Shown here one piece after another: positions 23,630 through 35,986 of a stretch of 64,000 nt of DNA. Every line of letters begins with the position of its first letter. Within the stretch, counting starts at the first letter, position 1. The position numbers and the translations under genes were made by a program. The notes below the pieces were generated by a model. It did not search any database, had not been told where the DNA came from, and saw nothing but the letters and a program-made list of their open reading frames with translations. Source of the stretch: Octopus sinensis (lineage: Eukaryota); NCBI RefSeq assembly GCF_006345805.1, contig NC_043011.1, forward strand, positions 25,866,464 through 25,930,463, written 5' to 3'.

Positions 23630-26357
23630 TTTGGTATTGGCAACATGAATGACAATGGCCAGAGACTACTTGAATTTTGCACATACCATAACCTGTGCAT
23701 CACTAACACATTATTTGCCAACAAGACATCCCACAAGGCATCTTGGAGACATCCAAGATCTCACCACTGGCATCAGCTGGATCTCATCATTACACGAAGA
23801 CCCTTTCTGAATTCTGTTCAACTGACTCGTAGTTACCACAGCGCGGATTGTGACACAGATCATTCACTAATAAGAAGCAGGGTGAGGATTCTGCCTAAAA
23901 AGTCCATCACTCCAAAAAAATGAGCCGACTACGCATTGACACTGCCAGAACCTCTGACCCTACACTGCGACAATGTTTTGCTGTTTCTATCAAAGTTGCC
24001 CTCAGTAGCTGCCCAATCACCTCTGCTGAAAGTAGGTGGAATTATATCAGGCAATCTTTGTATACCACATCAACAGATACTTTCGGCATGAGAGAAAGGC
24101 ATAACCCAGATTTTGTTCAGTGCTGGACTCTCAGAGCTGGAAACAGTTATCGAAACAAAGCGTGCAGCTCTGATGTGATACAAGAGTGATTCTTCTATAA
24201 AGTCACTCGAAGAACTCAGAAAGGCAAGAAATAAAACCCAACTGACTGCCAGACTCTGTGCAAATAGGTATTGGCAGGAAATCTGTCAGAGTATCCAGTC
24301 AGCTGCTGACAGTGACGACACCCGTGGGATGTATGCCGGTTTGAAGAAGGCCTTCGGTCCATCCGCAACCAAGTCAGCCCCTCTGAAATCAACTACTGGG
24401 GATCTCATCAAGGACCAAAGCAAGCAAATGGATAGACGGGTGGAGTACTACCAGGATCTCTACTCACGAGAGACCACGGTAGCTGAGGCTGCAATCGAGG
24501 GTGTCAAGATCTTGCCAGTCATGTGTGAACTTGACAGTCTGCCATCTATAGCAGAGCTCACCAAGGCTATTGACTCCCTATCAAGAAACAAGGCTCCGGG
24601 AAAAGACGGCATCCCCTTAGAGATCATCAAAACCGGCAAAAACACCATCCTGCTTCGGAACATTCATGAGCTTCTGTGTCAGTGCTGGGAAGAGGGTACA
24701 GCCCCTCAGGATATGCGGGATTCTAACATCATTACGCTTTACAAAAACAAAGGTGACCGTGGTGATTGTAACAATTACCGTGGAATATCTCTTCTAAGCA
24801 CTGTTGGAAAGGCCTCTGCTCGCATTATCCTGTCAAGGCTGCAACTGCTTACTTCTCGAATTCATCCAGAATCGCAGTGTGGCTTTAGAAGAAGCAGATC
24901 AACTATTAACATGATATTCTCCATACGCCAAAATCAGGAGAAGTCCAGAGAGCAGAAAATGCCATTATATATGGCCTTCATTGATCTGACAAAGGCCTTT
25001 GACTTGGTAAGTAGAAAAGGCCTCTTCATCCTGCTCCAAAAAATTGGATGTCCACCAAACTACTGAGGATCATAACGTCTTTCCATGATCATATGCAAGG
25101 CACCATACAGCATAATGGTTCAACATCAGCCGCTTTCCAAATAAAAAATGGGGTAAAGCAAGGTTGTGTCCTTGCTCCTACATTATTTGGCATCTTCTCG
25201 CTGCTGGTGTCACATGCCTTTGTGACATCAGATGATGGAGTGTTTCTGCACAGTAGAAGTGATGGGAAACTGTTCAATCTCTCGCGTCTGCGTGCCAAGA
25301 CCAAAATCAGAAGCGTCCTGATCAAGGAGATGCTATTTGCTGATGATGCCGCTCTGGTATCACACACAGAAGAAACCCTACAAAGGCTCATCAACTGTTT
25401 TGAGCAAGCATGTGGCAACTTTGGCTTATTTATCAGACTCAAGAAGACCAGCATCATGGGTCAGGCTACATCGACCATTCCAAACATACATATTGGAGAC
25501 CACAGACTACAGGAGGTGGAGAAGTTTACCTATCTTGGCTCTACCGTCACCTACAACCTATCCCTTGATACTGAGCTCAATATACGTATTGGCAAGGCAG
25601 CTGCTGTGATGGCCCAACTCTCCAAACGGGCATGGGACAACAATAAGCTGACCAAGACCATAAAAATTAAGATTTACCAGGCATGTGTACTTAGCACTCT
25701 ACTGTATGGAAGTGTGACTTGGACGCCATACACACGCCATACGACGCCATACGTCGCCTAAATATCTTTCACCTGCGCTGCCTCCGGAAAATCCTTCGCA
25801 TCAAATGGCAGAATCATGTCCCCAACAAAGATGTCCTCAAGCAAATAGGAATACCAAGCATGTTTACACTCCTCACACAAAGATGTATGAGATGGCTTCG
25901 ACATGTTAGCCGTATGGAAGATGGCAGAATCCCCAAGGACATACTCAACGGAGAGCTTGCTAGGGCACTAGGTCTGTGGGAAGACCGTTCTTACGATACA
26001 AGGATGTTTGCAAAAGGGACATGAAAGCCTGCAACATCAATATTACCAACTGGGAAGCAGTTGCCAGCAACCGTGGGGATTGGCGACGTACCATAAAAGA
26101 GGGAACACAAAGGAGTGACATAGAGGGAGAGGAGAAATGGAAAGACAAGAAAAGACGTCAACAAGAAAGTATGACATTACAACCAGCCAGGCAAAATCTT
26201 CGCTACATTTGCAGCACCCGCCAGAGGGAGTGTTTATCTAGGATAGGACTACACAGCCACAGCAGGAGATGTATTAGGACATGAAATGTAAAAGCCGGAC
26301 TAGATTATTTTATGCGCAACTCCATTGTCTCCCGAGACAAAAAGGATGCCAACAACA
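23630..26357 (+). mobile_element. RTE-clade (BovB-like) LINE, 5'-truncated and frameshifted (APE end, RT, C-terminal Zn motif)
   Basis: NDNGQRLLEFC..WRHPRSHHWHQLD; KAPGKDG; KGDRGDCNNYRGISLLS; QCGFR; FIDLTKAFDLV; GVKQGCVLAPTLF; LFADD (~25333); CLSRIGLHSHSRRC; 3' end ccattgtctcccgagac..gatgccaacaacaa. Confidence 0.95.
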
Positions 26358-26649
26358 ATATATATGGATTTCATAGACAGGAATTGAAACAAATCAATCG
26401 TATATATATGTATATATGTAAGTGCATGTGTGTGTCTTTGTGTCTGTGTTTCGCCCTCATCACTGCTTCACAACTGCTGTTCATTTATTTACATCCACAA
26501 AACTTACAGAACAAACTAATAGAATAAGTACTAGGCTTATCAACATAAAAAAGCACTAGGCTGTGTCTCATATTTTTGTTTGCCCACTCAGTTGTATCTA
26601 TCAATTTATCTTTGTGTGTGTGTGTGTGTGTGTATCTAAATCTATATAT

Positions 26650-26696
<47 letters not shown>

Positions 26697-26707
26697 TATA
26701 TAGAAGG

Positions 26708-26758
26708 AGCTTCTACAGGACTAGAACTGTTTCATTCAAGAGAAATCTTCAGGAAGCT
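26708..26758 (-). ncRNA. Mirror-image type-I hammerhead ribozyme in the left palindrome arm
   Basis: Same fold on the minus strand, with helix III loop TTCTAGTC. Confidence 0.8.
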
Positions 26759-26775
26759 AGTTAACCAGGTTAACT

Positions 26776-26826
26776 AGCTTCCTGAAGATTTCTCTTGAAT
26801 GAAACAGTTTTAGTCCTGTAGAAGCT
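26776..26826 (+). ncRNA. Type-I hammerhead ribozyme
   Basis: AGCTTC-CTGAAGA-TTTC[TCTT]GAAT-GAAA-CAG[TTTTAGTC]CTG-TA^GAAGCT. Helix I is 6 bp, the core is intact, helix III is 4 bp, the cleavage triplet is GUA, and 10.1-11.1 is U.U. Confidence 0.8.
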
Positions 26827-26908
26827 CCTTCTATATAATAAATTAATTTTACTCTACTATGTATTGAGTACCTTATTTACTGTGGTTAACCCCGAATCAA
26901 CCCGGGAC

Positions 26909-26912
26909 CTAC

Positions 26913-26958
<46 letters not shown>

Positions 26959-28009
26959 AAACACCCTAATGGGAGTCTTAACTTCCAAATTTTAGTCATT
27001 TCTTTTATGATCCAAAACTAGGTCAAAAGTACTGAATGGATCTTTATGAAATTTGGAAATTATATTCTAAGCATAAGGGCCATAACCCCCATGAAAATTC
27101 ATATATTTTTGCTATTGATGAAATTTTAACCATAATATTAGACACAAATGAAGTAATATTTATAAAATTTCATCTTCTTACAAAGTTAGAAAGACCTCTC
27201 TATGGGGACTTAACACCCACAATTTTGTCATTTTATCTAAGCAAAAACGAATACAGTTGTGCTCTTGGAAGCTGTAGGGTTACACGAGCATAAAAGTTGG
27301 GCATTATTTCTAATTCAATGGTACAACAGTGTAACAGTTTGCTTTGACATACACTTACATTGTGATTTCTGCAATGTGCTGCATAAATTGTTAAGTAAAT
27401 GAGAGGCATCTTTGTCTCCACTGATTCAGTTGCAAAGTGTTGGGTAAAGTTATTTGGTTGCAGACCTCCTTTCAGTCTTTTTATTATCACTCGGTCACAC
27501 ATAGTCCCCAGATGGTAACATTGATTACAAGGCCTTCCCAGATGGGTGACTGGTTATTCAAAGACATTTATAGATTTTAAATTCATTCTGTCCAGTTACG
27601 TATCAGTATAGCGGTCATTTGCAAATTCCAGAGGTGACACTTTAATTTCTCCTAAGCCCTCACGTCACTCAGTTGTTAATGTTGATTTCAGTTGGGTCAC
27701 GCCCTTCCAATTGCTATAGATTCGTAATGCCTCTAACGGCTGTGCCTGTCACCTGGATGGTGAGAAATCCTACATTGGGAGTGGTAACGACTAGGGTAGG
27801 GTAACTGACTGCTTATTGTGATCATTCGTCTTTTGGTTTTCATGTGGCACGATTACAATTTTTTTAGGGTGTGTAAAGAGGGAAATAACCCTCATCTGCA
27901 ATTTTGATGAAATTCGAAACATAGATATACCAGTTCATTCAGAAAATATAACAGAAAAGTCTAATTCTTCAATTAAATGTAACCGGGCAACGCCAGGTAT
28001 CTCTGCTAG
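26909..28009 (+). mobile_element. Non-autonomous Helitron-like element 1
   Basis: Starts cta(ca)tatatat..aaaac and ends with hairpin accggg-caacg-ccaggt then CTAG|T (28006-28010). Confidence 0.7.
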
Positions 28010-29244
28010 TATATATATATAAAACTGAGAATGTGTGTTTGTCTGTCTGTGTGTTTCCCCAAAACTTGAGAACTACACAATCAATTTCATTCAAATTTTA
28101 CACATGCATTACTGAGGGTCCATGGAGTGTCATGGGCAAAAAAAATATTTAACTTTTTGCCTAGAGCGAGCCCACAGCAATATCATATCTTCTCCACTAT
28201 TTCAGTATTACGTGTTAAAAGTGAAACAAAAACATCTCTCTATTGTATGAATATGGATGTATATATATATATTACAAAATATGAAGTTATATCTTGAGAT
28301 CGTTAGTGACCACAACGCTCAAAATATATAACAGACTGGAATAGTAGTGCTCAAATGAGCTGTATACACTTTTTAATCCGAGGGGAGGCAATGCGAGCAG
28401 CAACTACAAGAGCACTACAAAATCCACAGAAAAATCAAACACATACATATATTCATATATTCATTTATATCTACAGAACAGACATAAAGCCCGACGTTTA
28501 GAAATATATAGTAATATATAAATATATAAACATCATATAAAAATATATTGTACGCATAAGATCCACTCGACGTTCCATAAGAAATTTAGAAATAAAAATT
28601 GCAATAAAAGTTGGAGGTAATAATAACAATTGAATTAAATATAGTAAATATAGTAAGTAGTAATTAAATATATTTTATTTTATTAAAATGGTAATTAAAT
28701 CGTAATATAACAATTAAAAGAAAAAATAGCAATTAGTATAAAATGTATCAAGGACTTGAACTCGAATATGTGGCTTTGCATGAATGGGAGAAATTAAAAA
28801 ATGAAAAATTCAATTGAGTACAGAAGTGAATTAGTCCATTTACTATAGCTGCTAGATTGAATTATATACTTATAAAGTAGCATTCAGTATCTATGAGATT
28901 TTTTGGGAGTACGTAATGTCTGGTCTTTCGCATGTAGCAGATATGTAATTGTGCATTTGTTTCCGTGTACTATGTGTTGTGTGTAAAAAACATCCTGACG
29001 AGGGGAGTGTCAATTTTAAATATATGATATGTTTCATATTAATTGGTGCATCTCCGAAACGGCCCGTACATGAACTTTTATGTATTTTTGTAAATTTGTA
29101 TATTTATCTTCTATGTATTTTTCTCTGGGATTTTAATTTGTCTTTTTAATATGTCATTGTATGTTTTATTACCTCAAATTTTTAATTTAACAAATTTATA
29201 CCTAACTAGCACTATGACCCGGCAACGCCAGGTCATAATGCTAG
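28010..29244 (+). mobile_element. Non-autonomous Helitron-like element 2, abutting element 1
   Basis: Starts tatatatatataaaactgagaatgtgtgtttgtctgtctg and ends with hairpin tatgacc-c-gg-caacg-cc-a-ggtcata then CTAG|T (29241-29245). Confidence 0.75.
28991..29072 (+). ncRNA. Type-I hammerhead motif with long helix II, inside Helitron-like element 2
   Basis: CATC-CTGACGA-GGGGAGTGTCAATT..AATTGGTGCATCTCC-GAAA-CG[GCC]CG-TA^CATG. Canonical core and G10.1-C11.1; helix I is 3 bp after a C.C mismatch. Confidence 0.65.
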
Positions 29245-29634
29245 TATGTATATATATACCAATATATATGTACACACATATGCCTATATTCACAAACACA
29301 CTATATGTGTGTATGCCTATATTCATAAACACATTATATATAAAGAGAGAGAGTGTGTGTGTGAGAGAGATTTACAAGCAGCACGAAAAATAGAGAAAAT
29401 ATTAAGAAAATATGCTGGACTTATTGTACAAGCTCTATACAACTGCTTATCGGTTACATACTCATGACTTTTTTGCATATTTCATCTGCAAATTATGATT
29501 TTTATGATTATTGCATAACGCTCAACTTCATGAAACAGCTGTCCTGTTAGGAAGTTGCATATTCATACTTTTTGTACTCTTTGGGCTCCTTGTCAATATA
29601 TATATATTTGTGCATGTGTGTGTGTGTGTAAAAT

Positions 29635-30000
29635 ATAGGAATGGCTGTGTGGTAAGTAGCTTGCTTACGAACCACATGGTTCCGGTTTCAGCCTTGTGAG
29701 TAGATTTGGTAGACGGAAACTGAAAGAAGCCCGTCGTATATATGTATATATGTGTGTGTGTGTGTGTGTGTGTGCGTGCGTATGCGTGTGTGTGTATGTT
29801 TGTGTGTCTGTGTTTGTCCCCCAACATCGCTTGACAACCGATGCTGGTGTGTTTACGTCCCCGGTTCGGCAAAAGAGACCGATAGAATAAGTACTGGGCT
29901 TACACAGAATAAGTCCTGGGGTCGATTTTCTCGACTTAAAGGCAGTGCTCCAGCATGGCCACAGTCAAATGACTGAAACAAGTGAAAGAGTAAAACAGTA
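29635..30000 (+). mobile_element. SINE family A, near full-length
   Basis: ggaatggctgtgtggtaagtagcttgcttacgaaccacatgg..cagcatggccacagtcaaatgactgaaacaagtgaaagagta. Confidence 0.9.
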
Positions 30001-30049
30001 AAAGAATATATATGTGTATGAATGTATATGTACATATATATATTAAATA

Positions 30050-30480
30050 TATGTGTTTGGATGGGTGTGTTGGTGTCTGGGGTGGAGTAGGGTTATCTCT
30101 GTGTTTTTAATTGTTTAATTCTTTAACCGTTTGCTCGCCTACTGTTGCCTCTGACATATTTCAGTGATTTCGGTGGTAGATTTCGGATTTTGACTCCTAT
30201 TTCTAAACAGGTTGATGCCTTGTGCGTCCTTAAGCTTAGTGCTAAATTTTAATTATATACATATATATTTCATCATGCTAAACTGTGAAGCCCTACATAT
30301 TTTTTCTCTCTCGTTTCGATTTTTTTTCTTTTTTTTTTTCGTTCTCTCTCTATTTTCCCTTTCTGTCAAAGAGCATAGGCTCGAAACGTCAAAGACCTGT
30401 CTATTCTTCCCGAGCGTCAAACTAATACACATGCTTGTTGTTCCCTTACCTGTCTTCCTCTTTTGTTTCCTGTAAACTTG
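30050..30480 (+). mobile_element. PLE pLTR-like remnant with a degenerate hammerhead (30359-30394)
   Basis: CTTT-CTGTCAA-A-GAGC[ATAG]GCTC-GAAA-CGTC^AAAG, followed by ttcccgagcgtcaaactaataca as in the 17600 and 52040 copies. Confidence 0.6.
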
Positions 30481-30567
30481 AACTATATATGTACGTATGT
30501 GTATATGTGTATGCGTGCGTGTGTGCATATATGCGCATACATACATACACACACACACACATATATA

Positions 30568-30610
<43 letters not shown>

Positions 30611-30679
30611 TATTAGTACGTATGTATAAATGTATATATACACACACGCATACATATATACATTGCTACACAGATACAC

Positions 30680-30712
<33 letters not shown>

Positions 30713-31184
30713 TTCTGACTGTTTGCTAACTAGAGTCGGGTTTTATTTTCTCTTTTCGCCATATCCTGCATTCTTCAGTTATCTACAGACCGAAAATTAC
30801 TTCTGGCACTCGCTATCTCACTTGAATCACTCAATAACTACCAGCCCTCTCATTCTTCTCTTTCTTTCGTTCTTTCTTTTCTTTCTGGCTTTGTTTCTTT
30901 CCTTGTTTCTCTCTTTCTCTCTCTCTTTTTTTTTTACTTCTTCCTTCCTCTCTTGTTCTCTGTGCTCATTCTCCAATTATACAAATATATACATATTTTT
31001 CGTGTTGGAATATATACATACATATATATATATATATATATAGACATGTATATATACATATATATAGACATGTATATATACACATATATATATACATGCA
31101 TATATACATATTTATATATATATATATATATACTATATATATATATACATGCATATATGCATATATATATACACAAATATATAC

Positions 31185-31215
<31 letters not shown>

Positions 31216-31270
31216 AATGTGATATTTATATATATATATATATATATATATGACTATATATATATGTATA

Positions 31271-31302
<32 letters not shown>

Positions 31303-31339
31303 CATATATATATATATACATATTATATACATATATATG

Positions 31340-31416
<77 letters not shown>

Positions 31417-33120
31417 AATGTGAATATTTATATATATATATGTATGTATGTATATGTATGTACACACACACACATATATATATATATATACATACTGATA
31501 TGTATATGTATATATCTGCACATATAAATGTACATATATAACACACTCACATACACACACCCAAACATGTACGCATATGTGCATACATACATTCATGATT
31601 ATACTATGTAGCTATCATGCCGATGCTTATGTATGTGTCTGTGTGTGTGCATGCGTGTGTATGTGTGTATGCCTCTGTGTGTGTGTGTGTGTGTGCGTGC
31701 CTGTGCGTGTGTGTGCGTGCGTGTGTGTGTATGTGTGTGTGTTCGTACATTCTTGTAGTTGTATAAGTGCGTGAATGTATCAGCATTCATAAATGGAATG
31801 GATTTCAAAATGCTAATCAATGTTGTTTGAAGTCTTGGAGAGAAAGAACCCGGTCGATACGGGTAATGTGTGCACAACCGTGTGTGAGTCCGTAATCGTG
31901 TGTGTGTGTGTGTGTGCGTATGTATGTTTTATGTCTATGCGTTTATGTCTATGCGTTTATGTGTGTGTGTGCGTGTGTTGGTCGTTCTAGTGTTGGCAGC
32001 GGTGGGAGAGAAAGTGGGAGAGGAAGAGGGAGAGAGAGGGGAGTGTAGTGTTTGTAATGGAAGTGGTAGAGAGCAATGCCGTGTACTATTGCTAATAGTT
32101 ATACGGCATTGCTGTACCGGAAAGTTGCAAAATAGTGAATCTGTATTAAAGATTAAAGGCGTTTTCAAACGTGTATGTATGTATGTATGTATGTATGTAT
32201 GTATGTATGTATGTATGTATGTATGTATGTATGTATGCAATTATGTATGTATGTATGTATGTATGCATGTATGTATGTATGCAATTATGTATGTATGTAT
32301 GTTGTATGTATGTATGTATGTATGTATGCAAGTATGTATGTATGTATGGATGGATGTATGTATGTATGTATGCAATTATGTATGTATGTGTATGCATGTA
32401 TGTGTATATGTATGTATGCATGTATGTATGTATGTATGTATGTATGTATGTATGTATGTATGTATGCATGTATGTATGTATGTATGCAATTATGTATGAA
32501 TGTATATGCATGTTTGTGTATATGAATGTATGCGTGTATGTATGTATGTGTATGCATGTATGTGTATATGTATGTGCGTATGTATATGTGTGTATGTATG
32601 TACGTATGTATACATGCATGTATGTATGCATGTGTGTGTATATATGAATGCATGTATATAAGTATGTATGTGTACACGTATGTATGTGCGTACGTATGTG
32701 TGCATGCATGCATGCATGTATACATGTATGTACGTATATATGTATGCATGTATGTATGCATATATGTATGTATGCATTACGTAAGTATGTATATATGCAT
32801 GTATGTTTATATGTCTGTATGTACATACACATGCATGCATGTATGAATGTTTGTGTGTATGTATGTATGTATGTATGTATGTATGTGCATATGCATGCGT
32901 GGATGTGTGTATGAATGTATGTATGCATGTATGTCTCTATGTATGTATGTATGTATGTATGTATGTATGTATGTATGTATGTGTATGCATGTATGTATGC
33001 ATGTATGTGTATATGTATGTATGTATGCATGTATGTCTCTATGTATGTATGTATGTATGTATGTATGTATGTGTATGTATGTATGTATGTGCATATCTAT
33101 GTATTATGTATATATATATC
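30480..33120. repeat. Compound (TA)n/(CA)n/(ATGT)n microsatellite field
   Basis: Near-continuous simple repeats with short unique islands. Confidence 0.9.
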
Positions 33121-33304
33121 TATGTATGTATATGTGCAAAGAATGCATGCATGTGTGTTGTGTATGTGATTGTGCGTGCTGTAGTGTGGTGGTCGTCGTG
33201 GGCGGAGGGCGGCTTTACAATTTAAGTCTCTCTCAGACTGGTGCGTCTTAACAAGGCTTGTAGTATAACATCAACAACTGCGATTTATAATGACTCATTT
33301 GATG

Positions 33305-33368
33305 GGTGGAGGTGGTGGTGGTGGTGATGGAGGTGGTGGTTGTGGTAGCAGTAGTAGTAGTAGTAGTA

Positions 33369-33416
<48 letters not shown>

Positions 33417-33695
33417 TCATTATTATTTTCGTACAACAGTAACAATAATAATAAGAAGAACAACAACAGCAACAACAATAATAATAATCCTCGCCACCCA
33501 CCAGCACCAACACCACCACCACCACCACCACCATCAACATCATCAATATCACCACCACCACCACTACCACCATCATCATCATCTTCATCATCATCATCAT
33601 CATCATCATTATCATCATCATCATCATTATCATCATCATCATCATCATCATTATCATTATCATCATTGTCGTCGTCGTCGTCGTCGTCGTCGTCT
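33305..33695. repeat. Compound trinucleotide tract (GGT/GTA/AAT/CAC/CAT/GTC)n
   Basis: Source of the poly-D/T/V/M ORFs. Confidence 0.95.
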
Positions 33696-34649
33696 TTTAT
33701 TAGTAATAACAATATCCAGTAGCGCAAAAACGCAAAAATGAAGAATCTGACGTTAAAAACCAGGCAAAACAAGTCAGAAAGCAAAACAACTTTTTTTTTT
33801 GTGGAAAGAAAAAAGAAGAAAAAAAAAGGAAAAGAAAAGAAAAAAGAGAAAATGGAAAAGTGTAAAAAGAACAAAAAAAAAAGGAAATGAAAAAGAAAGG
33901 TAAAAGGAAAAAGAGTAATTATGGGGTAAGTTTCCCTTGCTATCTTCTTTCTTTCTTTTCTTTTTTTGTTTTGTTTTGTTTTCAATAGGAAATTAATAAA
34001 AGTTGAGATCTAGCTAGAATATATGAAATCCAAAAGAAAGAATTAAGAATTACCATAAATAATATCTTAAGGGGAAAAAATGGAATATCATTTCTTAAAA
34101 TATGCGAAATTAAAGAAGATCAGTAACGCAAAGCATATTTAATAGGAAAGAAAGAAAACAATGTACTAACAAAAGTGGGCAAAATCGCAAAAGATGAGGT
34201 GGTTAGTGAATAAAAAAGTAGAACGAAGTAATTTAAGCAGAGGAAATGCCTCCAAGAAGAAAAATAAATAAATAGACGTGATTTAAATAAATAGCAGATA
34301 AAAAGAAAGAAAGAAAAAATTGTGTAATTATAAAAGATTTTCTTCCTGTGAAAGAAAATCTGCTTCCTTCCTTCTACCGACATTGACAGTATATTTATAA
34401 CAGAATATTGGGTAAAAATGTGTGAGGAAAATGTATGAAAAAAATGTGTTTTTTAAGCCAAGTGTTTCTAATGTACAATAATGACTAATGAATGATAAAC
34501 AGCAAGATGTTTGACATTCACTAAATAAACATTACGATCAGGGAAAGAGTATGAATGAATGAATGAATGAATGAATGAATGAATGAATGAATGAATGAAT
34601 GAATGAATGAACGAGACACGTCATGCAATTTCGAACAGCAAAATTAATA

Positions 34650-34845
34650 ATCCTTTTTTACTATAGGCACAAAGCCTGAAATTTGGCGGGAGAAGACGAA
34701 TTGATAACATCGACCCTCAGTGTTTCACTGGTACTTAATTTATCGACCCCCACAAGGATGAAAGGTAATGTCGACCTCGGCGGAATTTGAATTCAGGACG
34801 TACGAAAGACGGACGAAATGCCTTTAAGCATTCTGCCAGCTCGTA
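34650..34845 (-). mobile_element. SINE family B
   Basis: ggcacaaagcctgaaattt..aggatgaaaggtaatgtcgacctcggcggaatttga. Confidence 0.85.
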
Positions 34846-34868
34846 GCCTAAAGAATAATAATAATAAC

Positions 34869-34971
<103 letters not shown>

Positions 34972-35780
34972 GCAGCTCAAGATCAATGCCTACCTACAAG
35001 GAACTACAAGGTCAACATATTAAAGAACGGCAGTAGCCCAACATGTCGTGTATGTCAACAACAAAATGAAACCATTGATCATGTTGTCTCCAAGTGCAGT
35101 CTTCTTGCGCCTACAGAGTATCTCAATAGGCATGATAGAGCTGCACAATATATTCACTGGGTAATGTGCAAGAGCCTGGACTTGCCCCATGATAAAAACT
35201 GGTGGGAACACAAACCACCTCCAGTGCTTGAAAATGATCACATCTCACTCCTCTGGAACTTCACCATTCAAACTGACAGAAAGATAGATGTGAATAGGTC
35301 AGACATCATATTGAAAGACTTCAGACAAAAAACATGCCTCCTCATTGATATGACTATCCCAATCGATATAAACGTATATGTGAAGACCTACCAAAAACTG
35401 ATCAAATATAAAGATCTTGAAATAGAAATCAGCAAAATGTGGAACCTGAAGACTAAAACAATACCTGTTGTCATAGATGCCCTACTAATGATAGCAAAAG
35501 GGGCTGATTTCTACCTAGCTCAGATACCAGGAAACCCCAAAATGGCAGAAATTCAAAAGATAGTACTCATGAGAACTCCTCATATCCTACGCAAAATACA
35601 TTCTATGTAATCTCAAGTTTTAAAACAAACAAAATTTTCGTACTAGTACAACACTAAATACAAAACCAAATATATGGCACCCTAGGCATAACACCAACAT
35701 GAACTTCCAACTTGTTGTCTCCTGAGGTCTCTGGTTGAGATTTGGAGCCAACTTGTACAAATGTAAAGCAAAAATCAAAC
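34972..35780 (+). mobile_element. R4/Dong-clade LINE 3' fragment (RLE domain), subfamily 1, in (AAT)n
   Basis: AAQDQCLPTRNY..CRVCQQQNETIDHVVSKC..RHD..NRSDIILKD..LLIDMTIP..KYKDL, stop at 35610, flanked by (AAT)n on both sides. Confidence 0.9.
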
Positions 35781-35817
<37 letters not shown>

Positions 35818-35834
35818 TAACAATAATAATAATA

Positions 35835-35866
<32 letters not shown>

Positions 35867-35935
35867 TAACAATAACAATAATAATAACAATAACAATAAC
35901 AATAATAATAATAATAATAATAATAATACAATAAC

Positions 35936-35984
<49 letters not shown>

Positions 35985-35986
<2 letters not shown>

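Larger units (their letters stand above)
26691..26843. repeat. 153-bp near-perfect palindrome
   Basis: Arms 26691-26766 and 26768-26843, 1-nt spacer, one G:T mismatch. Confidence 0.97.

Noticed and set aside
33248-33985. Poly-D/G/L/T 245-aa ORF and overlapping ORFs
   Set aside because: Compound trinucleotide microsatellite.
35742-35984. Poly-Ile/Asn N-terminus of the 400-aa ORF
   Set aside because: It is the (AAT)n target tract; the Dong coding sequence starts at about 35985 and is 5'-truncated.
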